This document shows positions 28,156-38,412 of a stretch of 64,000 bases of DNA, one piece after another; within the stretch, counting starts at the first letter, position 1; each line of letters opens with the position of its first letter. This DNA is from an uncultured Faecalibacterium sp. (GTDB taxonomy: Bacteria > Bacillota > Clostridia > Oscillospirales > Ruminococcaceae), in assembly GCA_964466825.1 (NCBI GenBank), contig CAYXQN010000001.1, forward strand, positions 112 through 64,111, read 5' to 3'. The notes below the pieces were generated by a model. It saw only the letters and a list, made by a program, of their open reading frames with translations, searched no databases and was not told the DNA's origin. Made by a program: the position numbers and the translations under genes.

Positions 28156-29811
28156 TCACAGTTCCTGATAAGCGGTCATCAGTTCCGGGATGAACTGCTT
28201 TTTGCGGCTGACCACGCCCGGCAGTGTAAAGCTGCCGTCCGCTGCGGGAGCCGCATCAAAGCCCTCGGCCAGCACATTGGCCGCATAACGGCCGGTGCTG
28301 ATCACAACGCTTTCTTCCTTCGGCACATCGGTCAGCAGAACATACAGGTCCTCCACGTTCTGCTTGTTGCGCGCCTCCTCCAGATACGGTGTCAGTAAGA
28401 TCTGCGCCGCCTGCAGATTGGTGCGGGTCATATAGCTGCCCTGGGCCACACCAAAGCGGATATCGCCGCACATAAACACCTTAAAGTCCTGCAGGAATAC
28501 TTCCTCTGCAGTCTTTCCGTCCAGTTTTTCGCCAGCCTCAAACATCTCAGCTGCAAACTCCTCGATCTCCACCCCGGCGATCTTGGCCAGACGCTTGGCC
28601 GTGATCTCGTCAATAGGAGTGCAGGTGGGGCTGCGGAATACCAGCGTATCGGACAGGATGGCTGCCAGCAGCAGGCCTGCGATCTTTTGCGGGATCTCCA
28701 CGCCATTTTCGTCATACATCTGGGTAACGATGGTCGCCGTGCAGCCCACCGGTTGGTTGCGGAAATACACCGGTCCGCTGGTCTCCAGGTTGCCAATGCG
28801 ATGATGGTCGATGATCTCCAGGATCTCGGCCTGCTCAAAGCCTTCCACTGCCTGGGTGGATTCGTTGTGGTCCACCAGGATGATCCGGCGTTTGCGCAGG
28901 TTGATGATGTTACGGCGGCTGATCATACCGCAGAACTTGCCTTCCTCGTCCAATACCGGGAAGTAGCGGTGGCGCAGTTTTGCCATGACCCGGGTGACAT
29001 CTGCCACCGGAGTGACCAGTGTAAACTTGACCAGATTTTCGCAGGTCATATAGTAGGAGATGGGTACGCACTGGCTGATCAGCTTGCCCACGGCATAGGT
29101 GTCGCAGGGGGTGGTCATGATCGCCACACCGGTCTCCTCTGCAATGTGCTGGATGGTACGGCCCACCTTTGCACCGTTGCAGATGATCATCAGCGACGCT
29201 TCTTTTTCGATCGCACACAGCTGGCTCTCGTAACGGTTGGTCAGGATCACGATATCGCCCTTTTCCACCGTATTTTCCATCATTTCCGGCGTTGCTGTTC
29301 CGATCCGGATGTTGCCCGTGGTGCAGATCGCATTTTCATCGCCCACCACCATGGTGCCCCCCAGCGTCTCCAGCACATTTTTGTAGCTGGTGCGGCTCTT
29401 GGCCAGAATGCCTGTATCAAACAGGTCCATATTTGCAGTAGCAATGTCCTTGACCGTGATCAGGCCTTCCAGCTCATTGTCCGCATTGGTCACCGGGATG
29501 GTATCGATCTTGCGGTCCCGCATCAACTCCCACGTTTTGCGCAGACTGGTGCTGCCGGGGATACCGGTCATCTCGCGGTAGTCCACATCCCGGATCTTCG
29601 GGTTCACATCGGTACACATCCGGGGCGGTGTAACACCAAACTTTTTGAGCACAAATTCCGTTTCCTGGTTCATCCTGCCGGCACGGCGTGCCTCACAAAC
29701 CAGCGAGCTTGTTTTGTTTTTCAGCTCTGCATACGCAATGGCAGAGCAGATAGAGTCCGTGTCCGGATTGCGATGTCCGATCACTACGACTTTATGGGCT
29801 TCTTTCGCCAT
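28156..29811 (-). CDS. ppaC: Family II Mn-dependent inorganic pyrophosphatase with a CBS-DRTGG insert
   Basis: GHRNPDTDS, LVDHNE, IDHH, AILSDT and VVSRKKQ motifs; central CBS/DRTGG region. Confidence 0.93.
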   Translation of the reverse strand: MAKEAHKVVVIGHRNPDTDSICSAIAYAELKNKTSSLVCEARRAGRMNQETEFVLKKFGVTPPRMCTDVNPKIRDVDYREMTGIPGSTSLRKTWELMRDRKIDTIPVTNADNELEGLITVKDIATANMDLFDTGILAKSRTSYKNVLETLGGTMVVGDENAICTTGNIRIGTATPEMMENTVEKGDIVILTNRYESQLCAIEKEASLMIICNGAKVGRTIQHIAEETGVAIMTTPCDTYAVGKLISQCVPISYYMTCENLVKFTLVTPVADVTRVMAKLRHRYFPVLDEEGKFCGMISRRNIINLRKRRIILVDHNESTQAVEGFEQAEILEIIDHHRIGNLETSGPVYFRNQPVGCTATIVTQMYDENGVEIPQKIAGLLLAAILSDTLVFRSPTCTPIDEITAKRLAKIAGVEIEEFAAEMFEAGEKLDGKTAEEVFLQDFKVFMCGDIRFGVAQGSYMTRTNLQAAQILLTPYLEEARNKQNVEDLYVLLTDVPKEESVVISTGRYAANVLAEGFDAAPAADGSFTLPGVVSRKKQFIPELMTAYQEL

Positions 29812-30076
29812 GGATCTTCCCCCTTTACTTGGGTCATTTCTGTTATCATTTCCCTTATCATCAATTTATGCGAAGGCCACGCCCCATTTCCTGCACAGAG
29901 GCATAGCACAAGGTTATTCTACCACAATCCGGCGCAGGGGTAAAGTGCACACACAACGCTATGACGCTTGTTTGGAAACTGATATACTTGTATACATTCT
30001 CTTGTATTTCCCGCCGTATCGGAGTATCATAAAAGCGCTGCCCGTCCGGGCGGCACCAGGAGAAAGAGGGGCATTT

Positions 30077-31435
30077 ATGACATCGTCCAAATTTGATACA
30101 AAACCATTGTTTACCCGTCAGCAGCTGATCGCATTGCTTCTGCCGCTGATCGCAGAGCAGGCGCTGAATGTGACCATCGGTCTGGCCGATACACTGATGG
30201 TCTCCTCCGTAGGCGAGGCAGCTGTTTCCGGCGTCAGTCTGGTGGACAGTTTCAACACCCTGATGATCCAGATCATGAGTGCGCTGGCCACCGGAGGCGC
30301 CGTAGTTACCAGCCAATACATCGGACACCGCGAGCCGCGCAACGCCAAAGCTACCGCCGCCCAGATCCTGCTGGTACTGGCCAGCTTTGGTTCCCTGATC
30401 GCTGCGATCGTCCTGCTGGGGCGGCACCGCATCCTGCAGGGGATCTTTGGCGCCATTGATGCGGATGTCATGCGCTATGCAGAGACCTACTTTTTGTTAT
30501 CGGCGCTGAGTTATCCTTTTATCGGCCTGTACAATGCCGGTGCGGCCCTGTTCCGCGCTCAGGGCAACAGCCGCATCAGCATGATGTCCAGTCTTGTAAT
30601 GAACGTTATGAACATTGGCGGAAACGCCGTGCTGATCTATGGCTTTGGCATGGGCGTTATGGGTGCGGCATTGGCCAGTCTGATCTCCCGTGCTGTCGCC
30701 TGCATCGCCGTGCTGTTTTTGCTGCAGGCCCCTCATTGCGCCCTGCGGGTGGATGGCCTGCACGCCCTGAAGCCGGACCTGCAGCTGATCCGGCGCATCC
30801 TGCGGGTCGGCATCCCTGCCGGCATCGAAAACGGAATGTTCCAGATCGGCAAACTGGCTGTTTCCAGCCTGACCAGCACCCTTGGCACCGCTGCCATTGC
30901 AGCCAATGCCGTTGCCAATACCACTACGACCTTTCTGAACATCCCCGCCAATGCTGTGGGTATGGCCGTGCTGACCGTTGTTGGCCAGTGTCTGGGCGCC
31001 AACGAAAAGGAACAGGCGGTGTATTACTCCCGCCGGATGCTCCTGGTCGCCTATTGCGGCGCATGGATCATGAATCTTTCCGCCTTTGCATTTGCCAACC
31101 GGATCGCCCTGGGCTGGTTCAACCTTTCGCCGGAGGCCAGTGCGATGGCGCTGGAGGTCATGGTATGGTTCAACATCATGTCCCTGCCCTTCTGGCCTTC
31201 CAGTTTTACATTGCCCAACATCCTGCGCGCCGCCGGGGATGCCCGCTTTACCATGACCGTCAGCGTACTTTCCATGTGGATCTTCCGGGTGGGCTTTTGT
31301 TATGTAGCCGTCAATGTGTTTGGCGGCGGTCTGTTGTCTATCTGGTGCGGAATGTTCCTGGACTGGGTGTTCCGTTCGCTGGCCTTCTTTATCCGCTTTT
31401 TGCGGGGCAAATGGCTGCAACAGGTTGTTATTTAA
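30077..31435 (+). CDS. MATE family efflux transporter
   Basis: PLIAEQ....IGLADTLMVSSVGEAAVSGVSL and LRAAGD motifs. Confidence 0.92.
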   Translation: MTSSKFDTKPLFTRQQLIALLLPLIAEQALNVTIGLADTLMVSSVGEAAVSGVSLVDSFNTLMIQIMSALATGGAVVTSQYIGHREPRNAKATAAQILLVLASFGSLIAAIVLLGRHRILQGIFGAIDADVMRYAETYFLLSALSYPFIGLYNAGAALFRAQGNSRISMMSSLVMNVMNIGGNAVLIYGFGMGVMGAALASLISRAVACIAVLFLLQAPHCALRVDGLHALKPDLQLIRRILRVGIPAGIENGMFQIGKLAVSSLTSTLGTAAIAANAVANTTTTFLNIPANAVGMAVLTVVGQCLGANEKEQAVYYSRRMLLVAYCGAWIMNLSAFAFANRIALGWFNLSPEASAMALEVMVWFNIMSLPFWPSSFTLPNILRAAGDARFTMTVSVLSMWIFRVGFCYVAVNVFGGGLLSIWCGMFLDWVFRSLAFFIRFLRGKWLQQVVI

Positions 31436-31457
31436 GTACCATCAAAATCGGCCAAAC

Positions 31458-31597
31458 ACAAAAAGAGCTGGTGCACTGAGGGTGACCTCTTGCAGCAGCT
31501 CTTTTTGCTCTTTCTATTTTCTCACTTCAAGGGGGAGTGTAGTTTCTTTTCATATCGCCTGTCGGACCCGGGCCATCAGGACCATCTTTGATCCTGA
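31458..31597 (-). ncRNA. Candidate sRNA (about 140 nt) with a C-rich anti-SD loop
   Basis: Extended -10 TGCTAAAAT (31602-10, minus), 5' hairpin TCAGGATCA-AAGA-TGGTCCTGA, CACT-CCCCCTTGA-AGTG loop, ends at the bidirectional terminator 31459-31507. Confidence 0.4.
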
Positions 31598-31841
31598 CCT
31601 TATTTTAGCAGGCAAAGATGGTAAAATTGTGTAAATCCGCAATTATCTTCAGAAAATCTTCCACAAATAGAAGAACCGGATTTCAGCATTCTGCCCGACT
31701 GTTTTTTGGGCCCGATAAAACCGGACTGTTCCCTGCCCCAAAACAGTCTTTTCTCTGCAAACCCCGCCCGAACCAGTGCAAAAGCCGCCATTCTGTGGTA
31801 CAATAAAAGGGTATCCGATACCAAAAGGAAAGGATGTTTCC

Positions 31842-33272
31842 ATGCAGCTGTTTGAACGGATAAGCCCACGGCTGTTCCGCCCGTTGGCGGGGCGCAACCG
31901 GGCTTTTTATGCGGAGCTGTTGCTCCTGCTTTGGGAAGAATGCCGCCACACGGCAGATTACAGTATCTCTCGGGCCGAGGCGGTAAGCCGTGCCGAGGAT
32001 TATTTTGCGGCACTGGCAAAACCGCTTGCACTGGATGCGGACGACGCCGGGGACGAGGACGAACAGCCCACCCGGGACCCGCACACCCTGGCGCTGGGCT
32101 TTTTGCTGCGGCTGCGGCGCACCGGCTGGCTGGAAGAACAGCCCGGCAGCTACGAGTCGGAACCGACCCTCGCTTTTGTGCCGGAGGTCACCCCGCTGCT
32201 AGAGGCGCTGGAGGAGATCATGAACCCCCGCATCGTCACCTACACCGGCAAGCTCTACAAAGCGTGGCAGCTGCTGCGGGGCATCGGGGAAGAAAAAAGC
32301 CCCTACGAAAACGTCCTGCGGGAGGTGTCGGGCGATCTTGACACCCTCAACCGCAGCCTGCGTGCGCTGAATGCGTCCATCGGGCATTACATCGACCGCC
32401 TGACCCGCAACCGCACCCCGCAGGAGGTACTGGAGCTGTTTGACCAGTACGAAGAAAAGGTGGTCGCAGCGGCATATCACCGCTTTAAGACCAGCGATAA
32501 CCTGTTCAACTACCGTGCTTACCTGGAAGAAGGTCTGGACGACTGCGAGGCAAACTATCTGCCCCAGCTGGCACTGGACTATGCCCGGGTGGAACGCTGC
32601 GCTCCGAACGAGGCTGCCCCCGCCGTGCGGGCACTGATCCAACAGCAGCGGGATGCACTGGAAGAAATGAGCGATCTGCTGCGCCAGATCGATTCCAGCC
32701 ATATCCGTTACCGTAAGCGTGCAGTGCAGCGGGCGCAATTTTTGCTGCTCAGCGACCGTTCCGCACAGGGCAGCGTGACCGCATTGCTGCGCCGCTATGC
32801 GGAAGAGATCCGCACCCCGGACCAGCTCTTCGAGTTGGATGACGGCCCGGTGGCACAGCATCTGCATCTCTACCCGGCGGCAGTGTTCGGCGCAAAGCCG
32901 CTCTATCCGCCCGCTGCACCCCGTTCCACTGCGCCGCTTGCTCCGGTGCGCACCGAAACATTCGACCCCGAACAGCTGCAAAAAGAACAGCAGCTGCTGC
33001 TGGAGTATGCCCGCCTTGCCGTGACCGAAGAAAACGTCGGGCTGCTGGCGCAGCAGGCTTTGGCGGCCCGTCCCCGGGTTGCAGCATCCACACTGGCAGA
33101 GGAATACCCTGCCGACTTTGCCCGTATCATCGGGCTGCACACCTATTCTCAGTCGCCCCACCGGGACTACGACATTGAACTGACCGGGAACTGGGTGGAG
33201 CGCAGCGGGTTCCGCTTTGAGGAATTCATCCTGACCCGCCGTAAGGAGGACACGAACGATGGCAACCATTAA
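31842..33272 (+). CDS. jetA: Wadjet JetA / MksF-like kleisin (DUF5716-like)
   Basis: MQLFERI...FRPLAGRNR.FY...L N-terminus and LRRTGWL winged helix; first gene of the kleisin-KITE-SMC triad; RBS GGAAAGGA. Confidence 0.8.
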   Translation: MQLFERISPRLFRPLAGRNRAFYAELLLLLWEECRHTADYSISRAEAVSRAEDYFAALAKPLALDADDAGDEDEQPTRDPHTLALGFLLRLRRTGWLEEQPGSYESEPTLAFVPEVTPLLEALEEIMNPRIVTYTGKLYKAWQLLRGIGEEKSPYENVLREVSGDLDTLNRSLRALNASIGHYIDRLTRNRTPQEVLELFDQYEEKVVAAAYHRFKTSDNLFNYRAYLEEGLDDCEANYLPQLALDYARVERCAPNEAAPAVRALIQQQRDALEEMSDLLRQIDSSHIRYRKRAVQRAQFLLLSDRSAQGSVTALLRRYAEEIRTPDQLFELDDGPVAQHLHLYPAAVFGAKPLYPPAAPRSTAPLAPVRTETFDPEQLQKEQQLLLEYARLAVTEENVGLLAQQALAARPRVAASTLAEEYPADFARIIGLHTYSQSPHRDYDIELTGNWVERSGFRFEEFILTRRKEDTNDGNH

Positions 33273-33855
33273 CATGCTGGAAGAGACCGCAAACTATCTG
33301 CTCAACCACTGCTTCGTGCTGGGCGGAGTTGAAGATCAGCGGGCAAAATATCTCTATGTGCAGGATCATCTGGACGAAGTGCGGGCGGTGTTTGCACCGC
33401 TGGGCTACTCGGTGCTGCTGTATCCGGCTCCGCTGCAGGCTGCAGCGCTGGTCAACGAGCACGAAGGCAGCCAGGCCCGGCTTTTGAAATACGAAAGCAT
33501 TTTGCTTTTGGTGCTGCGGCTGCTCTACCTGCAAAAGCGCGAAAGCCTTGCCGCCAGTGCTGATGAGGTGCTGGTGACTGTGGAAGAAGTGCAGACCGAG
33601 CTGCAAAAGATGAACCTGCCCCGCCGGCTGGATCAGCTTACGCTGGAAAAACTGCTGCGCACCCTGCGCCGCTACAATCTGGCCCGTCCGGTAGGGCGGC
33701 TGACCGGACTGGACAGCCGTATTGAGGTGTTCCCGACTGTGCTGCTGGCGCTGCCGGATGCCGACCTTGCGGATGCCGCCGCCGAGAGCACCCGCACCCG
33801 CACCGAGCTTGGCCTGTATGAACGTGCAGAGGATGCACCGGAGGTGGAAGAATGA
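33259..33855 (+). CDS. jetB: Wadjet JetB / MksE-like KITE subunit (DUF4194-like)
   Basis: About 200 aa; ESILLLVLRLLY, LRRYNL and IEVFPT motifs; overlaps both neighbours. Confidence 0.82.
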   Translation: MATINMLEETANYLLNHCFVLGGVEDQRAKYLYVQDHLDEVRAVFAPLGYSVLLYPAPLQAAALVNEHEGSQARLLKYESILLLVLRLLYLQKRESLAASADEVLVTVEEVQTELQKMNLPRRLDQLTLEKLLRTLRRYNLARPVGRLTGLDSRIEVFPTVLLALPDADLADAAAESTRTRTELGLYERAEDAPEVEE

Positions 33856-36800
33856 TCGAACTCAAACGGCTCAAGCTCATCAACTGGCACAACTTTGAAA
33901 ATGCCACCTTCGACTGCTCCCGTCTGACCTACATGATCGGTGTCAACGCCGTGGGCAAGACCACCATTCTGGATGCCATCCGCTACTGTCTGACCACCAA
34001 CCGCAACTTCAATGCGCTGGGCAACAAAAAGAGCGGGCGCACCCTGCAAGGCTCGGTCCATGCAAAGCAGCGCGGCGAAAATGCCTACCGCCGCCCGGGA
34101 CATACTGTGGCCTACATCGGTGCAGAGTTCTGGGATACGGTCAAGCGCTGCCCCTTTGTTATCGCCGTGCGGGTAGAGTCCGAAGGCCCCATGCAGGAGC
34201 TGCACCCCGGCGACCAGACATGGTATCTTTCGGAGGACGGCTGCACGCTGGAGCAGCTGCCCTTCATTGACCCCAAGACTGGCGCACCCAGCGCCAAAGA
34301 AGACTTCAAGCCTGCCTCCGGGCGGCTGTCCTATACCCGCAGCCCCAGCGAAGCGCGTGACCGCATCTGCCGCGCGCTGGGCATCGGACGGGCCTCCAGT
34401 CCGCTGGGCAAAAAGTTCAACGAGGTGTTCCAGATGGGCACCAGCATGGACGAGATCCCGAACTTCCGGGAGTTTTTGTATCAGTACATCCTGCCCCAGC
34501 CGGAACTGGATCTGGAAGCACTGCAGGGCGACCGCCTGGAGCTGGAAAACCTGCACGCTGTTTTAGCCGAAGCACAGACCCGTGCAAATGCGCTGGATGA
34601 GATCGTCTCCTTTGGGCGGGAAGCCGCCGAAAAGCAAACGCAGGCGCTGGTCAACCGTGGTGCAGCTCTGCTGGCCCGGGCCGAAGCCGATGAGGCCGAG
34701 CAGGCTGTCTGGCAGGAGCATCTTGCCGCCGGTCAGCGCCAGAAAGAGCAGCTCACCGCCCGCTATGCCGAAGCAAAGGCAGCCGAAGCCGAAGCCCGCC
34801 GCAGCTATCTTGCAGCGCACGGGGCGGCATCCGCCAGCGGCGAAGGACGTGCGCTGGATGCCATGACCGAGGAACTGACCCGCCGGCAGAACGCACTTCA
34901 GACCGCACAGCGCCGTGCATCGCAGACTGAGGCTGCCGCCGAGCGGACCGATACCCTGCTTGCCATCCTGCGGCGCAGCGGCTTTACCGATGCACCCGCT
35001 GCCAACACTGCGGTGGTCACAGCAGAAACCCTGCCCGCACTGACCAACTGGCTTGCTGCGCAGGAAAAACCGCTGGAAGAAGCCTACCTTGCGGCACGCC
35101 AGAACACCGCCGCTTTGCAAAAGGAGCAGACCCAGCGCCGCACCGAGTTGGATGCCGTGTCCGGCGGCAAGTGGGTCTATCCCCATGGTGATGCCGCCAC
35201 CCGTGTGCGGGACGCAGTGAACGCTGAGCTGAAAAGCCGCGGTATGCAGCCAGACGCAAAGATCTTCTGTGAGCTGCTGAGCGTGGAGGACGAGAGCTGG
35301 CAAGACTGCGTGGAAGCCTGCCTTGGCGACCGCCGGTTCGATATCCTTGTGCCGCCCGCCCATTATGAAGCCGCCAAGAGCGCATTCGTGGCGCTGAAAG
35401 AAAAGGTAGGCCCCATCAGTCTGCTGGACACTCCGGGCATCCGCAAGGCGAGCCGCCGTGCGGATACTGCCCCGGCCGACAGCCTTGCCGCACAGGTCTC
35501 CAGTGAGAACCCTCTGGCGGCACAGTACGCTGACACCATCCTGCGGCGGATCGTCTGCTGCGATACTCCTGACACGCTGGAAAACCACCCCGACAGCGCA
35601 ACGAGAGACCTGCTGCGCCACCACCCCTTCCGGTTGGAGCGTCTGCGCACCCCGCAGCGCTACATCGGTCTGGAAGCCCGCCGCAGCCGTGCCGAAGCAC
35701 TGGCGCAGCAGCTTGCTGCCCTGGGCGAGGAGGTCAAGGCGGCAGCGCAGACCGAGCAGAATCTCAAAGCTGCCTACCACCAGCACCAGAGTTTGCTGCG
35801 GGGCAGCAGCCTGGACGAGCTGACCGGTTTGTGGGATGCCCGCACCGCCCTTGCCGCAGCACAGGCAGCGGTCTCTGAGCAGGAAAAGACCCTTGCCGAA
35901 GCAAAAGAGAACCCCATGCTGCAGCAGCTGTACCGGGAGGAAGAAGCCCGCGAGGCTGCGTGGGAGGCAGCCCGCACCGCTGTCGAGCAGGTGGGCGGCG
36001 ATCTGCGCGTGTGCGAAAAGCAGCTGGCTTCCTGCGAGGCAGAGCAGGCCAAGGCCGGCGAGACCGCCCAGAACAGCCGCTCTGCCGCCGAACGATTCTT
36101 TGCCGGGTATCCGCTGGTAGAGCCGCTGGCACGCACCCGGATGCAGACATTGACCGGACCGGACAAAACGCCCCGTGCCGCTGCGCAGGCAGCCGAAAAG
36201 GCACAGGCAAAGCTGGACGATGCGCTGGCACTCTATCTCTCCGGCACGCTGGAACCGGCACAAAAAACCTACAACGAGCGCTACGTCTGCGACTATCCGC
36301 TGGGGCTTGCCGGGCTTGATCAGTACCGCGCCCAGTACGAGAGCCTTGTGCGCATCGACCTGGAGCGCTATGCTGCCCGCCTGGAACAGGCACAGCGGGA
36401 CTGCAAAGACCGTTTCCGCAAGGACATCCTGTTCCGCATGAAGGATGATATCTTCAACGCACGCCGCCAGTTCCGGGAGCTGAACAAGGTGATGGAGCAG
36501 CTCACCTACGGCGAGGAGGTCTACCGCTTTGAGCTGGAACCCAGCCGTGACCCGCAGCTTGCCGCCTTCTATCAGGTCATCGTGGACAAGGGCAACCAGC
36601 AGATGACCGAGGGCGACAGTCTGGACAACCTTGCCGCCACCGCCGACCCCGCCTACGAGCGTCAGGTGGACGAGCTGATGGAAAAGATCATGGCCGATGT
36701 GGACGAGAACACCCGTGCCCGGCAGGAAGGCCGCCGTGCCGAAGGCGTCACCCTGTCGGACTATGTGGATTACCGCACCTATCTGGACTATGATATCAAG

Positions 36801-37154
36801 GTCACCAACCGTGTCACCGGACAGCAGGCCTACCTGTCCCGGGTCAGCCGGGATTCCTCCGGCGGCGAGAATCAGGCCCCCTTCTATGTGGCCATCTGCG
36901 CTTCTCTGCTCCAGATCTATCAAAAGAGCGAGAACAGCGTCCGTCTGGTGCTGCTGGACGAGGCCTTCAGCAAGATGACCAGCGACCGTATCCGCCCCAT
37001 GATGGAGCTGTTCCGCCGTCTGCAGCTGCAGGTGCTGCTTATTTCCACGGTCGAAAAGAGCACCGCCATCCAGCCCTACTGCGACATCACTTACTCCATC
37101 GTGCGCCACGGCGATGCCAACGCTATCGCACCGTTTGTAAAAGTACGGGAATAA
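33852..37154 (+). CDS. jetC: Wadjet JetC / MksB-like SMC ATPase
   Basis: LINWHNF, Walker A GVNAVGKTT, long coiled coils with a hinge, signature SSGGE, Walker B LLDEAF. Confidence 0.9.
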   Translation: MIELKRLKLINWHNFENATFDCSRLTYMIGVNAVGKTTILDAIRYCLTTNRNFNALGNKKSGRTLQGSVHAKQRGENAYRRPGHTVAYIGAEFWDTVKRCPFVIAVRVESEGPMQELHPGDQTWYLSEDGCTLEQLPFIDPKTGAPSAKEDFKPASGRLSYTRSPSEARDRICRALGIGRASSPLGKKFNEVFQMGTSMDEIPNFREFLYQYILPQPELDLEALQGDRLELENLHAVLAEAQTRANALDEIVSFGREAAEKQTQALVNRGAALLARAEADEAEQAVWQEHLAAGQRQKEQLTARYAEAKAAEAEARRSYLAAHGAASASGEGRALDAMTEELTRRQNALQTAQRRASQTEAAAERTDTLLAILRRSGFTDAPAANTAVVTAETLPALTNWLAAQEKPLEEAYLAARQNTAALQKEQTQRRTELDAVSGGKWVYPHGDAATRVRDAVNAELKSRGMQPDAKIFCELLSVEDESWQDCVEACLGDRRFDILVPPAHYEAAKSAFVALKEKVGPISLLDTPGIRKASRRADTAPADSLAAQVSSENPLAAQYADTILRRIVCCDTPDTLENHPDSATRDLLRHHPFRLERLRTPQRYIGLEARRSRAEALAQQLAALGEEVKAAAQTEQNLKAAYHQHQSLLRGSSLDELTGLWDARTALAAAQAAVSEQEKTLAEAKENPMLQQLYREEEAREAAWEAARTAVEQVGGDLRVCEKQLASCEAEQAKAGETAQNSRSAAERFFAGYPLVEPLARTRMQTLTGPDKTPRAAAQAAEKAQAKLDDALALYLSGTLEPAQKTYNERYVCDYPLGLAGLDQYRAQYESLVRIDLERYAARLEQAQRDCKDRFRKDILFRMKDDIFNARRQFRELNKVMEQLTYGEEVYRFELEPSRDPQLAAFYQVIVDKGNQQMTEGDSLDNLAATADPAYERQVDELMEKIMADVDENTRARQEGRRAEGVTLSDYVDYRTYLDYDIKVTNRVTGQQAYLSRVSRDSSGGENQAPFYVAICASLLQIYQKSENSVRLVLLDEAFSKMTSDRIRPMMELFRRLQLQVLLISTVEKSTAIQPYCDITYSIVRHGDANAIAPFVKVRE

Positions 37155-37166
37155 GGAGGTCTCCTT

Positions 37167-37493
37167 ATGTTCGATTTTCTCAAAAAGAAGGACCAGACCC
37201 CGCCTGTTCTGCCGGAAGGCACTGTTCGGCGGCGCTATTCCATCCAGGGTCAGGTACAGGGTGTCGGCTTCCGCTATCGGGCACAGTATGCCGCCCAGAA
37301 CCTTGACCTGACCGGCTGGGTGCAAAACGAAGATGACGGCAGTGTAACGCTGGAAGTGCAGGGTGACCCGGAAAAGTTCATGGCAATGTTTGCAATGATC
37401 CAAAAAAGCGATTACATCCAGATCACCTCCATCCGGCACACGGACTGTGCCCCCGATCCCTGGGAGCGCCGCTTTGCGGTGCGGGGCTACTGA
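37167..37493 (+). CDS. acyP: Acylphosphatase
   Basis: GQVQGVGFRY and GWVQNEDDGSV motifs. Confidence 0.92.
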   Translation: MFDFLKKKDQTPPVLPEGTVRRRYSIQGQVQGVGFRYRAQYAAQNLDLTGWVQNEDDGSVTLEVQGDPEKFMAMFAMIQKSDYIQITSIRHTDCAPDPWERRFAVRGY

Positions 37494-37537
37494 GCACCTC
37501 TGCCAGTTCAGCCCGGTCTTCTCTTACATCTATCGCC

Positions 37538-37567
37538 AGGCAGCTGCATTTTGCAGCTGCCTTTTTT
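37538..37567 (+). terminator. Intrinsic terminator of the jetABC-acyP unit
   Basis: AGGCAGCTGCA-TTT-TGCAGCTGCCT-TTTTT. Confidence 0.8.
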
Positions 37568-37748
37568 GCGCTGCTGCATATTTTTAAGTCTTTTCCGTGA
37601 AAATCACGGCCGTGGGTTTGATTTTTTTGCTATTTTCATGTAAACTATTAGTAGCTATGCCCATTGCCCTGTTTGTCTGCACAAGCCGCCAAATCAGGCT
37701 CCGCATAGTAATACAAATCTTTAGATCAACGGAGCGTAAAGAACCATT

Positions 37749-38399
37749 ATGGCGATCGTAAGTCCTTCCATTCTTTCCGCAGATTTTACAACCCTTGGCG
37801 CAGACTGCCGCACCGTGCTGGATGCCGGTGCCCAGATGCTCCATTATGATGTGATGGACGGTCACTTTGTGCCCAACATCAGCTTTGGCGTGCCGGTGCT
37901 CAAAAGCCTGCACAAGGGCCTGCCCGAAGCATTTTATGACGTACACCTGATGATCAGCCACCCGCTGACCTATGCCGAACCTTTTGCCAAGGCCGGTGCC
38001 ACCCTGCTCAATTTCCATCTGGAATGTGAGGATGACATCCGTCAGACTTTGGATGCCATCAAAGCGCTTGGCTGCAAAGTCGGCCTGACCATCAAACCCG
38101 GCACTCCTGCCCAGGCACTGGAGCCATATCTGGACGAGCTGGACCTGGTGCTGGTCATGAGCGTTGAGCCCGGCTTTGGCGGGCAAAAGTTCATGCCTTC
38201 GGCTCTGGACAAACTGCGCTGGCTCAAGGAGCAGCGTCAGGCAAGGGGTGCGCACTTCCTGCTGGAAGTAGACGGCGGTGTGGACGACACTACCGCTCCC
38301 CTGTGTGTAGAGACCGGCGCTGATGTTCTGGTCGCCGGCAGCGCCGTGTTTGGCGCAGCAGATCCTGCAGCGGCGGTACGCCGTCTTGCTGCACTTTGA
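37749..38399 (+). CDS. rpe: Ribulose-phosphate 3-epimerase
   Basis: PSILSADF, HYDVMDGHFVPN, DVHLM, MSVEPGFGGQ and EVDGG motifs. Confidence 0.96.
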   Translation: MAIVSPSILSADFTTLGADCRTVLDAGAQMLHYDVMDGHFVPNISFGVPVLKSLHKGLPEAFYDVHLMISHPLTYAEPFAKAGATLLNFHLECEDDIRQTLDAIKALGCKVGLTIKPGTPAQALEPYLDELDLVLVMSVEPGFGGQKFMPSALDKLRWLKEQRQARGAHFLLEVDGGVDDTTAPLCVETGADVLVAGSAVFGAADPAAAVRRLAAL

Positions 38400-38412
38400 G
38401 AGGTGCCCTTGT

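Noticed and set aside
29984-30006. ATACTTGTATACA resembling a GntR operator upstream of the MATE gene
   Set aside because: The symmetry is only partial and there is no adjacent cognate regulator, so support is insufficient.
31600-32084. Minus-strand ORFs upstream of and overlapping jetA as a possible jetD
   Set aside because: They are too short, lack Toprim (E...DxD) motifs and overlap jetA in antisense.
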